Counted from the first letter of the stretch, positions 1-10,234 are shown. The stretch: 64,000 bases of DNA from Firmicutes bacterium HGW-Firmicutes-11 (GCA_002840285.1 PHAE01000004.1:7706-71705), one strand, 5' to 3'. The notes: a model not told the origin generated them from the sequence alone. Program-made: numbers and translations.

Positions 1-1023
1 CCGCTGACAGACAGGAATGAGAGAAAGCGGATCATGCTCAGCGTATTTCAAGATATGGTCTCTAAGGGAATCACGGTGATCCACACCTATGCAGCAAAAA
101 TCTGGAACTACTTCGAAGACATTGAAGTTTATCGAGAACTGGATCGACAAGGAGAACTGCCTCTAAGGGTCGTGGTCAGTTTGGATGAGTTTTTCGAACA
201 CGAAAAAATGAGCGAAGTCGCGCACGATAAAAAATGGAAGGTCAAATATGGTTCCTACAAAATATTTACAGATGGGTCTTTCGGTTCTCGATCCGCTGCC
301 TTGTCTGAAGAATACGATGATGATCCTGGAAACTTCGGCATCCTGGTCAAAGACAGGGAAACCCTCGAAAGCGAAATCAATGAAGCCTGTCAAAGAGGGT
401 TGCAGCCTGCGATACATGCAATTGGAGATGCAGCTTTAGAAATCGTGTTGACTGCGATCGAGAACGTAGTTGGAAAGAGCGAGCCTGAACTTCCATTTCG
501 AATCATACACGCCCAGTATGTGAAGAAAGACCATTTGGAACGGTTAAAAAAACTTCCTGTCATCCTGGACATACAACCAATATTCTTGTCTACGGATCTG
601 CATTGGATCACAGATCGGCTGGGACCTCTGCGAGTCAAGGATTCTTACGTATGGAAGACCCTTCTCGATGCCGGCATATTGATGACAGGGAGTTCAGATT
701 GCCCTGTGGAAAGCTATGACCCGATGTTGGGAATCTATGCGGCGGTAACAAGACAAGATATGAGCGGCAAGCCAACCGGAGGTTTTTTCCCGAAGGAAAG
801 ACTCTCTGTTTATGACGCCTTGTGTTTGTTTTCAAAAAATATTCCATTTGCAACAGGTGACGCGGAAGCTTATGGAACGATCGAGCCGGGGAAAGTAGCC
901 GATTTTGTCGTGCTCGAAAAAGACCTTTTTAAAATACCGACCGATGAAATCAAAGACGTAAAAGTTGCAGGAACTTTCTTGGCAGGGAGACAGGTTTATC
1001 GTAAAGATGGATTCTTTGTTTGA
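1..1023 (+). CDS. amidohydrolase family protein (YtcJ-like, Amidohydro_3); 5' end lies outside the window
   Basis: Frame 1 is open from base 1, with no stop before the ATG at 34. Metal-dependent hydrolase C-terminal motifs (HAIGD, GSSDCPV, GKVADFVVL) and clear paralogy to the next ORF. Confidence 0.8.
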   Translation, partial: PLTDRNERKRIMLSVFQDMVSKGITVIHTYAAKIWNYFEDIEVYRELDRQGELPLRVVVSLDEFFEHEKMSEVAHDKKWKVKYGSYKIFTDGSFGSRSAALSEEYDDDPGNFGILVKDRETLESEINEACQRGLQPAIHAIGDAALEIVLTAIENVVGKSEPELPFRIIHAQYVKKDHLERLKKLPVILDIQPIFLSTDLHWITDRLGPLRVKDSYVWKTLLDAGILMTGSSDCPVESYDPMLGIYAAVTRQDMSGKPTGGFFPKERLSVYDALCLFSKNIPFATGDAEAYGTIEPGKVADFVVLEKDLFKIPTDEIKDVKVAGTFLAGRQVYRKDGFFV

Positions 1024-1089
1024 ATCCGGACCAAAAGGAAGGTACAATGGACTTAGCTATAGAGCAATGCGCCTGGAGGAAACTACCTT

Positions 1090-2622
1090 ATGAAAAAGGA
1101 CTGCTTGATCATAAATGGATCCTGTTTGACTATGGTTGATGGGAAACGTTACAAATGGATGCTGTTACGGGGAAGCGAGATACTGGAACTCGGCACGGAC
1201 GACGCTTTCACAAAGTATCTGGATAAGGATACAAAGGTGATCGATGCCAAGGGGGCAACCGTACTGCCGGGTTTTATCGACAGTCACTTTCATGTCGTTC
1301 AAGCTGCTTTGAATTCCACCAGTCTTGATCTAAGCAATGCAAAAACGTTACAGGACATAGGAGAGGCAATTGCAGATGCTTCCAAAGCGAGTCCGAAGCG
1401 ACCGATTCGCGGAATTCGTTTGGATGCGCAAAATCTAAAAGAAGGAAAACTTCCCGATCGTTTACTTCTGGATCGCTATTGCAATGATGCGCCGGTTTTT
1501 ATCAACTCGGTGGAGTACCAAACCAGCATTCTCAACACGCATGCTTTGTTGTACTATAAAATACCATTCACCATGAAGGGTGTCGTATTCGACGAGAATC
1601 AAATGCCCACAGGCGTGATCACCAAACATGCCAACGTGGCGTTGCGTGAAAGTGTCCTGCGGGGCATTCCCAATGCGCAGCGCATGGACGCCGTCGAGCC
1701 ATTTTTGGAGACGGTCATCAGCCGCGGGATCACAACAGTCAATGCGATGGAAGGCGGTCGACTCTACTGCGACAAAGATGCCGAGTTCATTCATGAATAT
1801 GCAGATAAACTAAAAATCGACATGGCCTTGTTTTATCAGACGATGGACATTGAAAAAGTCAAGTCAATGCAGCTGTCTAGAATTGGGGGCAGTCTGTATA
1901 TCGACGGTACGTTTGGAGCAAGAACAGCCGCTCTTTCATTTGAATATAATGACAGCCCCGGGAACAAAGGAGGGCTGAATTTTACGCAGGAGGAGATCAA
2001 TGAGTTTGTTCTCGACTGCTACATCAACAAACTTCAACTTGCACTATACACCATAGGAGATCGAGCGATCGAACAGGCAATCGTAGCTCATGAGAATGCC
2101 TTGGAACGAACGGGGACGACTGGTCTTCGACATCGCCTGGAACATGTTGAGCTTCCGAACAAAGGTCAGATCATGCGAGCAAAGGAATTGGGCCTTGTGT
2201 TTTCAATGTCACCAGCCTATGAAAGCATCTGGGGAGGCTCGGGACGCATGTACGAAGAGCGCTTGGGAGACAACTATCGTGTCACCAACCCCTTCCGGGA
2301 GATTTTAGAGCAAGGAGTCACGATCTGCGGAGGTTCCGACTGCGATGTAACACCCGCTGACCCTTTGCTTGGAATCCATTCGGCGGTGAACCATCCGGTC
2401 GAAGAGCACAGCGTTTCTGTGGAAGAAGCCTTGAAAATGTTTACCGTCAGCGGTGCGCAAGCCATCTTTGAGGAAAAACGAAAGGGAACCCTAGAAGTGG
2501 GGAAACTGGCAGATATCGTGATCCTGGACCAAGACATACTAAAAGTCTCGAAGGATGCCATCAAAGACATTCAAATATCTGCAACGATCAAGGGAGGCCA
2601 GATCCTTTATCAGAGGATGTAG
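1090..2622 (+). CDS. amidohydrolase family protein (YtcJ-like, Amidohydro_3)
   Basis: 510-aa ORF. N-terminal DSHFH metal-binding motif, then IGD, GGSDCDV and GKLADIVILD motifs typical of this family. Tandem paralog of ORF 1-1023. Confidence 0.85.
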   Translation: MKKDCLIINGSCLTMVDGKRYKWMLLRGSEILELGTDDAFTKYLDKDTKVIDAKGATVLPGFIDSHFHVVQAALNSTSLDLSNAKTLQDIGEAIADASKASPKRPIRGIRLDAQNLKEGKLPDRLLLDRYCNDAPVFINSVEYQTSILNTHALLYYKIPFTMKGVVFDENQMPTGVITKHANVALRESVLRGIPNAQRMDAVEPFLETVISRGITTVNAMEGGRLYCDKDAEFIHEYADKLKIDMALFYQTMDIEKVKSMQLSRIGGSLYIDGTFGARTAALSFEYNDSPGNKGGLNFTQEEINEFVLDCYINKLQLALYTIGDRAIEQAIVAHENALERTGTTGLRHRLEHVELPNKGQIMRAKELGLVFSMSPAYESIWGGSGRMYEERLGDNYRVTNPFREILEQGVTICGGSDCDVTPADPLLGIHSAVNHPVEEHSVSVEEALKMFTVSGAQAIFEEKRKGTLEVGKLADIVILDQDILKVSKDAIKDIQISATIKGGQILYQRM

Positions 2623-2633
2623 GAGTTCTGACG

Positions 2634-3818
2634 ATGCTAATCATAAAAACGCTGGGCAAGGTAAACATTTCCCATCGAGGAGAAGATATAAGCGAGAAAC
2701 TCAGTCACAAGATGGTGGCTCTGATTTGTCTGCTTGTCATATACAACGGAAGAGAAGCCGGCAAGGAAAAAATCGCAGCGTACTTTTGGCCAGACAGCGA
2801 TGACGAGGCATCCAAATATAATTTGCGTTATAGCCTATGGATGATCCGCAAGTTGATTCCCAAAGATAAAAAGGGCGAATCGCTGATCACCGTGGGCAAG
2901 GACAGTTGCCGTATCAACGAGAAGTACGACTTCACGTGCGATAAAATTTTATTGGATCGGTTTCAGGCGAAGAAGGGAAGTTCTATTCAGGAACTGGAAG
3001 AACTGCGTCGCCAGTTTCAAGGGGATTTTCTAGAAGGATTGTACCTGAAAAACTGCAATGAGTTCAATGAGCTGATTCTTTTTGAACGAGTCGTTTGTCA
3101 GAACAAGCAGATCCAGATTCTTAAAGAACTTGCGGACCTCTACGAAAAAGCAGGCAAGCGGGAAGATGAACTCGTCATACTGAAAGAAATGGCCATGATC
3201 GAGCCATATAATGAAACCTTTGTTCGCCGGATCATGGAAGCACTGGCTGCTATTGGCAACCGCCCTGCTGCGATTCAGGCATTTAAAAGATTTGAAACCG
3301 TTTTACGCAGAGATCTGAACATTCAACCGGAGCAACACCTGAAAGCCATGCATGCAAGCATGCTCACCGCCCCATGCGTCGGGAACCCTGACGGAACGAA
3401 AGTCAGTATCACGAATCGGAAACGAATACATATCAAGGTTCGCTGCATGAAGGGCGTCGATTACTTTTTGCTTGCAGGAATCGTAAGTGAGCTTTTAAGA
3501 GTAGCTGATAAAAGTTACATTATGGATATTGAAGAACAGTACCTTTTGGATCTGGGATTCATACAAAACGAATTGCTGTTAGCATATGAGGCCCAGTCAT
3601 CCCGAAAAGTCAAGATCCCGGATTCGGTCCCTGACGTTAGGATCATAAACGCTTTCTGCAAATTTATCCATCATGTTTCACAGGTTTATGAAATGGATAT
3701 CGATGTCGTTGATGCTTTGGAAATCGATGTCGTCTCCCAAAATATTATAAAACATGTACGCCAGACAGAGCCGCTAAACCAGTACTTTCATTTTTCATTT
3801 GATGCTGATATAATGTAA
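2634..3818 (+). CDS. SARP/BTAD-like transcriptional regulator with uncharacterised C-terminal half
   Basis: N-terminal roughly 240 aa resemble a winged-helix plus bacterial transcriptional activator domain (WPD...A..NLR..L..LRK; helical TPR-like region ending AI.AF.RFE..LRRDLNIQP). The C-terminal roughly 150 aa have no motif I recognise. Confidence 0.6.
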   Translation: MLIIKTLGKVNISHRGEDISEKLSHKMVALICLLVIYNGREAGKEKIAAYFWPDSDDEASKYNLRYSLWMIRKLIPKDKKGESLITVGKDSCRINEKYDFTCDKILLDRFQAKKGSSIQELEELRRQFQGDFLEGLYLKNCNEFNELILFERVVCQNKQIQILKELADLYEKAGKREDELVILKEMAMIEPYNETFVRRIMEALAAIGNRPAAIQAFKRFETVLRRDLNIQPEQHLKAMHASMLTAPCVGNPDGTKVSITNRKRIHIKVRCMKGVDYFLLAGIVSELLRVADKSYIMDIEEQYLLDLGFIQNELLLAYEAQSSRKVKIPDSVPDVRIINAFCKFIHHVSQVYEMDIDVVDALEIDVVSQNIIKHVRQTEPLNQYFHFSFDADIM

Positions 3819-3846
3819 CAGATTCTGACCAAAACTAGCGAATCCA

Positions 3847-5073
3847 ATGAAAAGAAACTGGACTATGAAAAAAACCAAACGTAATGCGTTGCTATCTATT
3901 TTTCTCCTTATCATACTGCTGCTGACGACTGGTTGCCAGACCTATGACAACTTCGTCGCTTCTTTTGGCGCAACGTCGGAGGAGGATGTCATACAAATCG
4001 GCATTTTTGAGCCCTTGTCCGGTAAGGACAAGGAGTTTGGCTTGCTGGAGATCTCTGGCATTGAACTGGCCAACGAAATGTATCCCAGTGTCGCAGGCAA
4101 GAAAATCCAACTTGTCTATGCAGACAATGAGTCGGACCTCGTAACTGCGGAAACGGCAGCAAGTCAATTGATCGACGCAGGCGTCGACATCGTGCTTGGC
4201 AGCTATGGCAACACGTTGTCAATGGTAGGGGGAGAATTGTTTCGTGAGGCCAATGTCCCAGCCATCGCGATCACTCCGACCAACCCTCTGGTCACCAGGG
4301 GCAACCCCTACTACTTTCGCGTTTCGATCGTCGACTCCTTCCAAGGTGTTATGGCGGCAAAATTCGTGAACAACGAACTTGGCGCAGAACGCATCGCCGT
4401 GATGAAGGCGGCAGATGACGACTACGGAGCGGCATTGTCCCAGGAGTTTACTACAAAGATGGAAGCTTCCGTAGACGAAGAAACGAAAATAGAAATCGTG
4501 ACCGTCGAGTACGAGAAGGGTGCGACTGATTATTCCGCTGCTCTGAAAACCATCAAAGCGTCAGATAGCCAAGTCGTCTACCTCCCTTGTTCCGCCGAAG
4601 AAGGATTGGCCATTGTAACTCAAGCAAAAAGTATGGGCATTGCAGCCACATTTCTCGGCACAGATCTTTGGCATGAAGAACTTCTGGTCACAGAGGCAGG
4701 AAGCGCTGCAGACGGCATGATCTTTACGACTTTTTTCGACGCAGAATCCTCGCTGAATCCAAGGACAGAAGAATTTCTGACCGCTTATCACAAAAAATAC
4801 GGAACGGACAAGACTCCGGACAAGGCGGTCGCTTTTGGCTTCGATGCCTATCTGCTGGCGCTGGATGCCATTGAGCGACAGATGGACGCCGTCTTGGGGA
4901 CGGGGGATGATACCTGCCTCAGAGGAATTTTACAAAAAACCAAACAGTTTGAGGGCGCAACCGGGAGCATCACTTTCGATGCAAACGGAGATCCCATCAA
5001 GTCGGTTGTGTTTATCGCCGTGGAAAACGGGGAATTCATATACAAGTATACTACTGAGCCGGAGTGGGAATGA
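3847..5073 (+). CDS. ABC transporter substrate-binding lipoprotein (branched-chain amino acid / LivJ-like type)
   Basis: Signal peptide with lipobox LLTTGC. Periplasmic-binding-protein type I pattern (IGIFEPLSGK..., VDIVLGSYG, YYFRV). No permease or ATPase genes adjacent. Confidence 0.8.
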   Translation: MKRNWTMKKTKRNALLSIFLLIILLLTTGCQTYDNFVASFGATSEEDVIQIGIFEPLSGKDKEFGLLEISGIELANEMYPSVAGKKIQLVYADNESDLVTAETAASQLIDAGVDIVLGSYGNTLSMVGGELFREANVPAIAITPTNPLVTRGNPYYFRVSIVDSFQGVMAAKFVNNELGAERIAVMKAADDDYGAALSQEFTTKMEASVDEETKIEIVTVEYEKGATDYSAALKTIKASDSQVVYLPCSAEEGLAIVTQAKSMGIAATFLGTDLWHEELLVTEAGSAADGMIFTTFFDAESSLNPRTEEFLTAYHKKYGTDKTPDKAVAFGFDAYLLALDAIERQMDAVLGTGDDTCLRGILQKTKQFEGATGSITFDANGDPIKSVVFIAVENGEFIYKYTTEPEWE

Positions 5074-5095
5074 AGGCTCGTAAGAAAAGAGGAAA

Positions 5096-5323
5096 ATGAA
5101 TATGGAAGACAACATCAAAAAAGCCCTGGAGAACATTCGCCCATATCTTCAAAGAGATGGCGGAGATGTTGAGTTTGTAGCTTACACACCGGAAAAGGTT
5201 GTGCAGGTCAAGCTTAGAGGCGCATGCGCTGGCTGCCCGCACTCCCAGATGACCATCAAAGGCGGGATCGAGCGGTTGCTGAAAGAGGAATATCCGGAAA
5301 TCGTCAGCGTAGAATCCGTATAA
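5096..5323 (+). CDS. NifU-like Fe-S cluster scaffold domain protein
   Basis: 75 aa. Pattern IRPYLQRDGGDVEFV...LRGACAGCPHSQMTIKGGIE is typical of the NifU C-terminal domain. Confidence 0.8.
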   Translation: MNMEDNIKKALENIRPYLQRDGGDVEFVAYTPEKVVQVKLRGACAGCPHSQMTIKGGIERLLKEEYPEIVSVESV

Positions 5324-5332
5324 AGGTTTCCG

Positions 5333-6622
5333 GTGACGGAAAGGCGAAGTTTGAATCAGAGTAACGATACGACGATCAGCAGAGCGGCAAGAAGTGGCAA
5401 CGGGAGACAGATCCTTTTGCTGCTCGCCTTGGCCGCTGTTGCCGTTTTAGTGGGAATCTTCTCGCTGGGATTGATGGGAGAAGACATCGACCCGGTGAAG
5501 GAACCCATTGATCCGGCAGTTGAACAAGAGGCAGAACCGGATCCGCCGGTGGCCTTGTCTTTTGTTGCGGTCGGAGATGTCATGGTACATCGTTCCCAGA
5601 TCTCCAGCCAGTACGACCCCCAAACCGGCACCTATGATTACACCGACAACTTCCGTTACATCAAACCATACATTCAGGATGCAGATCTGGCCCTGGCCAA
5701 CGTGGAAACGACGTTCGCCGGCGGGACACCGACCGGTTATCCTTCTTTCAATGCGCCGGACGCATTGGCGAATGCTCTGGCTGACACGGGATTCAATGTG
5801 GGACTTATCAGCAACAACCATCTGTATGATAAAGGCCTCGCGGGAATGGATCGAACCATCGGCATCCTTCGGGTCGCTGGAATGAAAACCGCCGGAGCCC
5901 ATCTTCCCGGGGAAAAGAACTATACCCTGGTCGAAGTAAAAGGCGTCAATGTGGGAATCGTTTCCTATACCTATGAGACACCTTCCACCGACGGGCTTAC
6001 AAGGATCAATGGAGTTGTCCTTCCGGAAGCAGTCGCAGAAAGAATCAACAGTTTCTCACACGAGCGCCTGGAAGAGGACCTGAAAAACATCGAAAAAACG
6101 ATCGAAGCCGCCAGAAGCGACGGCGCAGATATCATAATCTGCTATTTCCATTGGGGAGAAGAATACCAAAGATCCCCCAACCTCTGGCAGAGGCGGATCG
6201 CAGAACAGGCGGCAGACATGGGCGCGGACATTGTATTTGCCTCCCATCCCCACGTGCTTCAGAGCGCAGATCGGGTCAAAGGGCCGACAACAGGGAAAGA
6301 GATCCCGGTATTTTTCAGCATGGGCAACTTCCTGTCCAACCAACGCCTGGAGACGCTGAACAACCGATATACTGAGCAGGGGATGATTGCCCGGGTTGAC
6401 CTGAAGTTTGACAAGGAAACGGGAGAAATCTCTGAAATGAACATGAGTGCCATCGGCACCTGGCTCGACAAATACAAGGCTGGAGGAAAAGACTGGTACG
6501 CGATCATTCCTCTGGACGATGCTCTGGAAAACAACGAGACTTTGCGCACATCCGGACACCTGACACGCGCGAAGCAGGCCTACGAGGATATCCGGGAAAC
6601 ACTCGGCACTGTTCTCCGATAA
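5333..6622 (+). CDS. CapA family protein (metallophosphatase-type, poly-gamma-glutamate capsule synthesis-like)
   Basis: GTG start, N-terminal TM helix, then the CapA pattern (FVAVGDVMVHR, LALANVET, ISNNHLYD, FHWGEEY, ASHPHVLQ). Confidence 0.8.
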   Translation: MTERRSLNQSNDTTISRAARSGNGRQILLLLALAAVAVLVGIFSLGLMGEDIDPVKEPIDPAVEQEAEPDPPVALSFVAVGDVMVHRSQISSQYDPQTGTYDYTDNFRYIKPYIQDADLALANVETTFAGGTPTGYPSFNAPDALANALADTGFNVGLISNNHLYDKGLAGMDRTIGILRVAGMKTAGAHLPGEKNYTLVEVKGVNVGIVSYTYETPSTDGLTRINGVVLPEAVAERINSFSHERLEEDLKNIEKTIEAARSDGADIIICYFHWGEEYQRSPNLWQRRIAEQAADMGADIVFASHPHVLQSADRVKGPTTGKEIPVFFSMGNFLSNQRLETLNNRYTEQGMIARVDLKFDKETGEISEMNMSAIGTWLDKYKAGGKDWYAIIPLDDALENNETLRTSGHLTRAKQAYEDIRETLGTVLR

Positions 6623-6661
6623 CGAAACACTCAATACCCTCAGGTAAAGGAGAAGATCAAT

Positions 6662-7927
6662 ATGATGAACACCAACCCAGTACGAGGCACGCGGGATTTT
6701 TTGCCGGAGGAGATGCGCATTCGCGATGCGATGCAGGCCATCATTCTGAAGAGCTACAGCAACAACGGTTTTTCCAAGATCGAAACACCGATCATCGAGG
6801 ACATCGAACGTCTCGATAAAAGCGAAGGCGGGGAAAACCTCAACATGATTTTTCGCATTCTGAAGCGTGGACAGAAGCTGGATCTTTCGAAAGATGAAAT
6901 AACAGAGAAGGATCTTGCAGACATGGGTCTGCGCTTTGACCTTACACTTCCGCTTTGCCGCTATTTCGCCAACAATCGCGCCCACCTGCGGATGCCGTTC
7001 AAAGTCATCCAGATCGGGAAGGTCTACCGGGCAGAGCGCCCGCAAAAGGGCAGATTCCGCGAATTCTATCAATGCGACATCGACATCATCGGAGATGACA
7101 GCAATCGGGCGGAAATCGAACTGATCCACACTACGGCAAAGACATTGATGGATCTCGGCTTTGATGACTTTACCGTCCGGGTAAACGACCGGAGGATCCT
7201 GTTTGACCTGATCGAAAGCGCCGGTTTTCCAAAAGAAGAAGTTCTTTCTGTCTGCATCAGCTTTGACAAGTTGGACAAAATCGGAGAAGATGGCGTTGCG
7301 ACCGAACTGAAGGAAAAGGGATTTCCTGAAGATGCAATCCGGCGATTCATGGAGAGCATCTCTGTTTCCGGAGAACAAGGGGTCAAAACGATGGAACCCT
7401 ATTGCTCGGACAAAGACGCCATCCGCTGGCTGTCTGAAATCATCGACGGCATTGAGGTACTGGCAGAGGGAAAGTACAAAATCGCATTTGATCGCTCTCT
7501 GGTGAGAGGAATGGGTTATTATACCGGAACCATTTTTGAAATCGTAAGCCCGAAGTTCAAAGGATCCATCGCCGGGGGTGGCAGATATGACAAACTCATC
7601 GGCAATATGCTAGGCGAAAACATTCCGGCAGTCGGCTTTTCCATCGGATTTGAGCGGATCGCAGAGATCCTGCTCGGGAGCGAATCCGTAGGATTTGACA
7701 CCGGTAGCCGCAAGCTGGCATTGCTATACGATACCGAATCTCCGTTTGTCGATGTCGTCAAAAAAGCAGATGAAATTCGCAGAGACAACGGGTACGACGT
7801 AAGCACCATCGTGAAAGCAAAGAAACTAGGGAAACAATTTTCTGCTTTGGAGAGGGAAGGCTTTTCTGCTGCGCTTGTCTTCGGAGACGAGGAAATCAAA
7901 GAGCTCTCCGGCAAAGAACAGGAGTAG
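6662..7927 (+). CDS. hisS: histidine--tRNA ligase
   Basis: 421 aa. Class II aaRS motifs (GTRDFLP, YRAERPQKGRFREFYQCD, GGGRYD) and a C-terminal anticodon-binding domain. Confidence 0.9.
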   Translation: MMNTNPVRGTRDFLPEEMRIRDAMQAIILKSYSNNGFSKIETPIIEDIERLDKSEGGENLNMIFRILKRGQKLDLSKDEITEKDLADMGLRFDLTLPLCRYFANNRAHLRMPFKVIQIGKVYRAERPQKGRFREFYQCDIDIIGDDSNRAEIELIHTTAKTLMDLGFDDFTVRVNDRRILFDLIESAGFPKEEVLSVCISFDKLDKIGEDGVATELKEKGFPEDAIRRFMESISVSGEQGVKTMEPYCSDKDAIRWLSEIIDGIEVLAEGKYKIAFDRSLVRGMGYYTGTIFEIVSPKFKGSIAGGGRYDKLIGNMLGENIPAVGFSIGFERIAEILLGSESVGFDTGSRKLALLYDTESPFVDVVKKADEIRRDNGYDVSTIVKAKKLGKQFSALEREGFSAALVFGDEEIKELSGKEQE

Positions 7928-7930
7928 GAC

Positions 7931-9367
7931 ATGGATTTTTGCGGACGGATCGATTCCTATCGGGATGAAATGGTCGTCGCGCTTCGGGACCAGATCTCGA
8001 TTCCTAGTGTGGCAGGTCCGGCAGAGCCGGGAATGCCCTTTGGTGCGGAGATCGACAGAGCCTATCAGTTGATGCTTGCCGTGGGAAAGCGGGAAGGGTT
8101 TGAGACTGTAAATGTAGATAATCACGGCGGTCATCTGGAATTCGGCGGACCACAAGCGACCGACGGAATCATGGGGATACTGGTTCACCTTGATGTGGTG
8201 CCTGCCGGGAAGGATTGGGAATACCCGGCCTTCGAGGGCAGAGTCGTCAATGGCAAGATCTACGGGCGCGGCACGACAGACGACAAAGGCCCGGCGATCG
8301 CAGCATTCTATGCCATGAAAGCTTTGAAGGACGAAGGATTTCTCCCGGCTAAAAAAATACGTTTGATCATTGGCCTGGATGAAGAAGCCGGAACCGGATG
8401 GCAGGGCATGAAGGCCTATTTCAATAAAGTGGAAAAGCCGGATTTTGGCTTCACGCCGGACGCGGAGTTCCCTGCGATCCACGGGGAAATGGGGATATTG
8501 ATCTTCGAGCTGGCGAAAAAGTTTGGCAAGACCATGGGAAAAGGGATCGAACTGCGCTCACTGTCCGGTGGTGAAGCGGCCAATATGGTGGCAGATCGAG
8601 CCAGGGCAGTCCTGCGAGCCGACTCTTACGAGATGGTGAGAGAAACGGCGATCCGGTTCCGAAAAGAGACTGGGTATGAGATCGAAATCAAGGGGATCGG
8701 AAAAAGTCTGGAGATCATCACCAGGGGCAGATCTTCCCACGGCGCCCGCCCGGAAAAAGGGTTCAATGCCATATCTTCGATGATGGCATTTCTGGGACGC
8801 CTCCCGTTGATCAATGAAGATGCATCCGAATTTGTCAACTTCTACAATACTCACATCGGTTTTCATCTTCACGGAGAAGAAATCGGATGCGCTTGTTCCG
8901 ACGAGATATCAGGCGATCTGCTGTTTAATGTGGGAAAAGTCGACCTGGATGCGGAAGCGGGAAAGCTGACGATCAATATTCGCTATCCGGTCAGCATGGA
9001 TGGTGAAGACGTTTATCACGGGATGATGCCTCTTCTTGATAAGCATGGTTTCGGAGTGATCAAGCTGGACCACCAAAAACCGATCTACATCCCCGAGGAC
9101 GATCCGTTGATCCAAACATTGATGTCAGTTTATCAGAAACATACCGGTGATTTCGAAAGCAAGCCGATGGTCATCGGGGGCGGAACCTATGCCAGATCGA
9201 TGAATAATGCTGTTGCGTTCGGAATGACATTCCCCGGGCAGCCAGAGCTGGCACATCAGAAAAACGAACATCTCACCATCGACGATTTGATCAAAGCGAC
9301 GAAAATTTACGCCGAGTCAATATACCTGTTGACAAAAGCGGAGGACGAAGTTATAATTCAGCAGTAA
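7931..9367 (+). CDS. pepV: dipeptidase PepV (M20 family metallopeptidase)
   Basis: 478 aa. HLDVVPAG and GRGTTDDKGP motifs, with M20 dimerisation and lid architecture. Confidence 0.85.
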   Translation: MDFCGRIDSYRDEMVVALRDQISIPSVAGPAEPGMPFGAEIDRAYQLMLAVGKREGFETVNVDNHGGHLEFGGPQATDGIMGILVHLDVVPAGKDWEYPAFEGRVVNGKIYGRGTTDDKGPAIAAFYAMKALKDEGFLPAKKIRLIIGLDEEAGTGWQGMKAYFNKVEKPDFGFTPDAEFPAIHGEMGILIFELAKKFGKTMGKGIELRSLSGGEAANMVADRARAVLRADSYEMVRETAIRFRKETGYEIEIKGIGKSLEIITRGRSSHGARPEKGFNAISSMMAFLGRLPLINEDASEFVNFYNTHIGFHLHGEEIGCACSDEISGDLLFNVGKVDLDAEAGKLTINIRYPVSMDGEDVYHGMMPLLDKHGFGVIKLDHQKPIYIPEDDPLIQTLMSVYQKHTGDFESKPMVIGGGTYARSMNNAVAFGMTFPGQPELAHQKNEHLTIDDLIKATKIYAESIYLLTKAEDEVIIQQ

Positions 9368-9372
9368 GAAAA

Positions 9373-9532
9373 TCTGTTTCAGGGCGAGGTGAAATTCCTC
9401 ACCGGCGGTAAAGAGCGCAAGCTACGAGTCCGCGAGCCGCAAGGCCGAACCGGTCAGATCCCGGTACCGACGGTTTTGTCAAAGACGCGCATCGTGTCGG
9501 TCGACAAAGAAAGTCCGGATGAAAGAAACAAG
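9373..9532 (+). promoter_or_regulatory. FMN riboswitch (RFN element) aptamer
   Basis: Conserved RFN blocks are visible: AGGGCGAGGTGAAATTCCTCACCGGCGGTAAAG, GTCCGCGAGCC, GGTCAGATCCCGGTACCGACGG, AAAGTCCGGATGAAAGAAACA. The P1 stem CTGTTTC/GAAACA closes the element. It carries an extra hairpin insertion (TTTGTC...GACAAA) before AAAGTCCGG. Confidence 0.85.
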
Positions 9533-9560
9533 GTCCGATTTTTGGATCCATGTATTCTTG

Positions 9561-9590
9561 AGCCCTGGGAAAATTCCCGGGGCTTTTTTT
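9561..9590 (+). terminator. intrinsic terminator (FMN riboswitch expression platform)
   Basis: GAGCCCTGGGAAAATTCCCGGGGC hairpin followed by TTTTTTT, about 60 nt upstream of the ribU-like start. Confidence 0.7.
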
Positions 9591-9648
9591 GCCTGACAGA
9601 TTCCCGCGCATTGGGTTTGCAGGTGCAGACCAAAGGAGGAATTTGAAC

Positions 9649-10185
9649 ATGTCAAGAACTGAAAAGACCGCCAGACTAGCTAAAATGGCTATGCTAGCAG
9701 CCATCTCCCTCGTATTGGTGATGGTCATCCGTATCCCGTTTCCGCCGGCTCCATTTTTAGTGTATGATCCGGCAGATGTGCCTATCATCATTAGCGCCTT
9801 TGCTTTCGGCCCATTGTCAGGACTGGCGATAACCTTTGTGGTCAGCTTCATCCAAGCCTTCGCACTAGGCGGCGATGGAGTCATCGGATTCTTTATGCAC
9901 ATGGTAGCAACGGGATCCTTTGTTCTGGTATCCGGTCTCATCTACCGGAAGCATAAGACAAAAAAAGTGGCTTTGATTGCGTTGATTGCCGGAGCGTTGA
10001 TAATGACTGTCTCTATGATCGGATGGAACCTTTTGATCACGCCAATTTACCTTGGTGTTCCAGTAGAAGCGGTCATCGGCATGATCCTTCCGATACTGCT
10101 GCCCTTCAACTTGTTGAAGGCTGGAGTCAATGGTCTGATCATCTTTCTTATATACAAGCCGATCGCAAGATTTCTCCACAAGTAA
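9649..10185 (+). CDS. ribU: ECF transporter S component, riboflavin-type (RibU-like)
   Basis: ATG at 9649 preceded by AAAGGAGGA; the track ORF start at 9589 lies inside the riboswitch terminator. Multi-TM 178-aa protein directly downstream of the FMN riboswitch. Confidence 0.8.
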   Translation: MSRTEKTARLAKMAMLAAISLVLVMVIRIPFPPAPFLVYDPADVPIIISAFAFGPLSGLAITFVVSFIQAFALGGDGVIGFFMHMVATGSFVLVSGLIYRKHKTKKVALIALIAGALIMTVSMIGWNLLITPIYLGVPVEAVIGMILPILLPFNLLKAGVNGLIIFLIYKPIARFLHK

Positions 10186-10192
10186 GGATATG

Positions 10193-10224
10193 TTCCGCCT
10201 TGCGTGTGGTGGCGGAATGGTTTA
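10193..10224 (+). terminator. weak candidate terminator after ribU
   Basis: TTCCGCC-N11-GGCGGAA hairpin followed by TGGTTT; the U-tract is short. Confidence 0.35.
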
Positions 10225-10234
10225 AAATGACCCT

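Noticed and set aside
6623-6661. T-box leaders upstream of the aminoacyl-tRNA synthetase genes (hisS, lysS at 61235-61279, asnS at 62798-62811, gltX at 52063-52150)
   Set aside because: All upstream gaps are 14-88 nt, far shorter than a T-box leader (about 200-300 nt). No AGGGUGGNACCGCG-like T-box sequence was seen.
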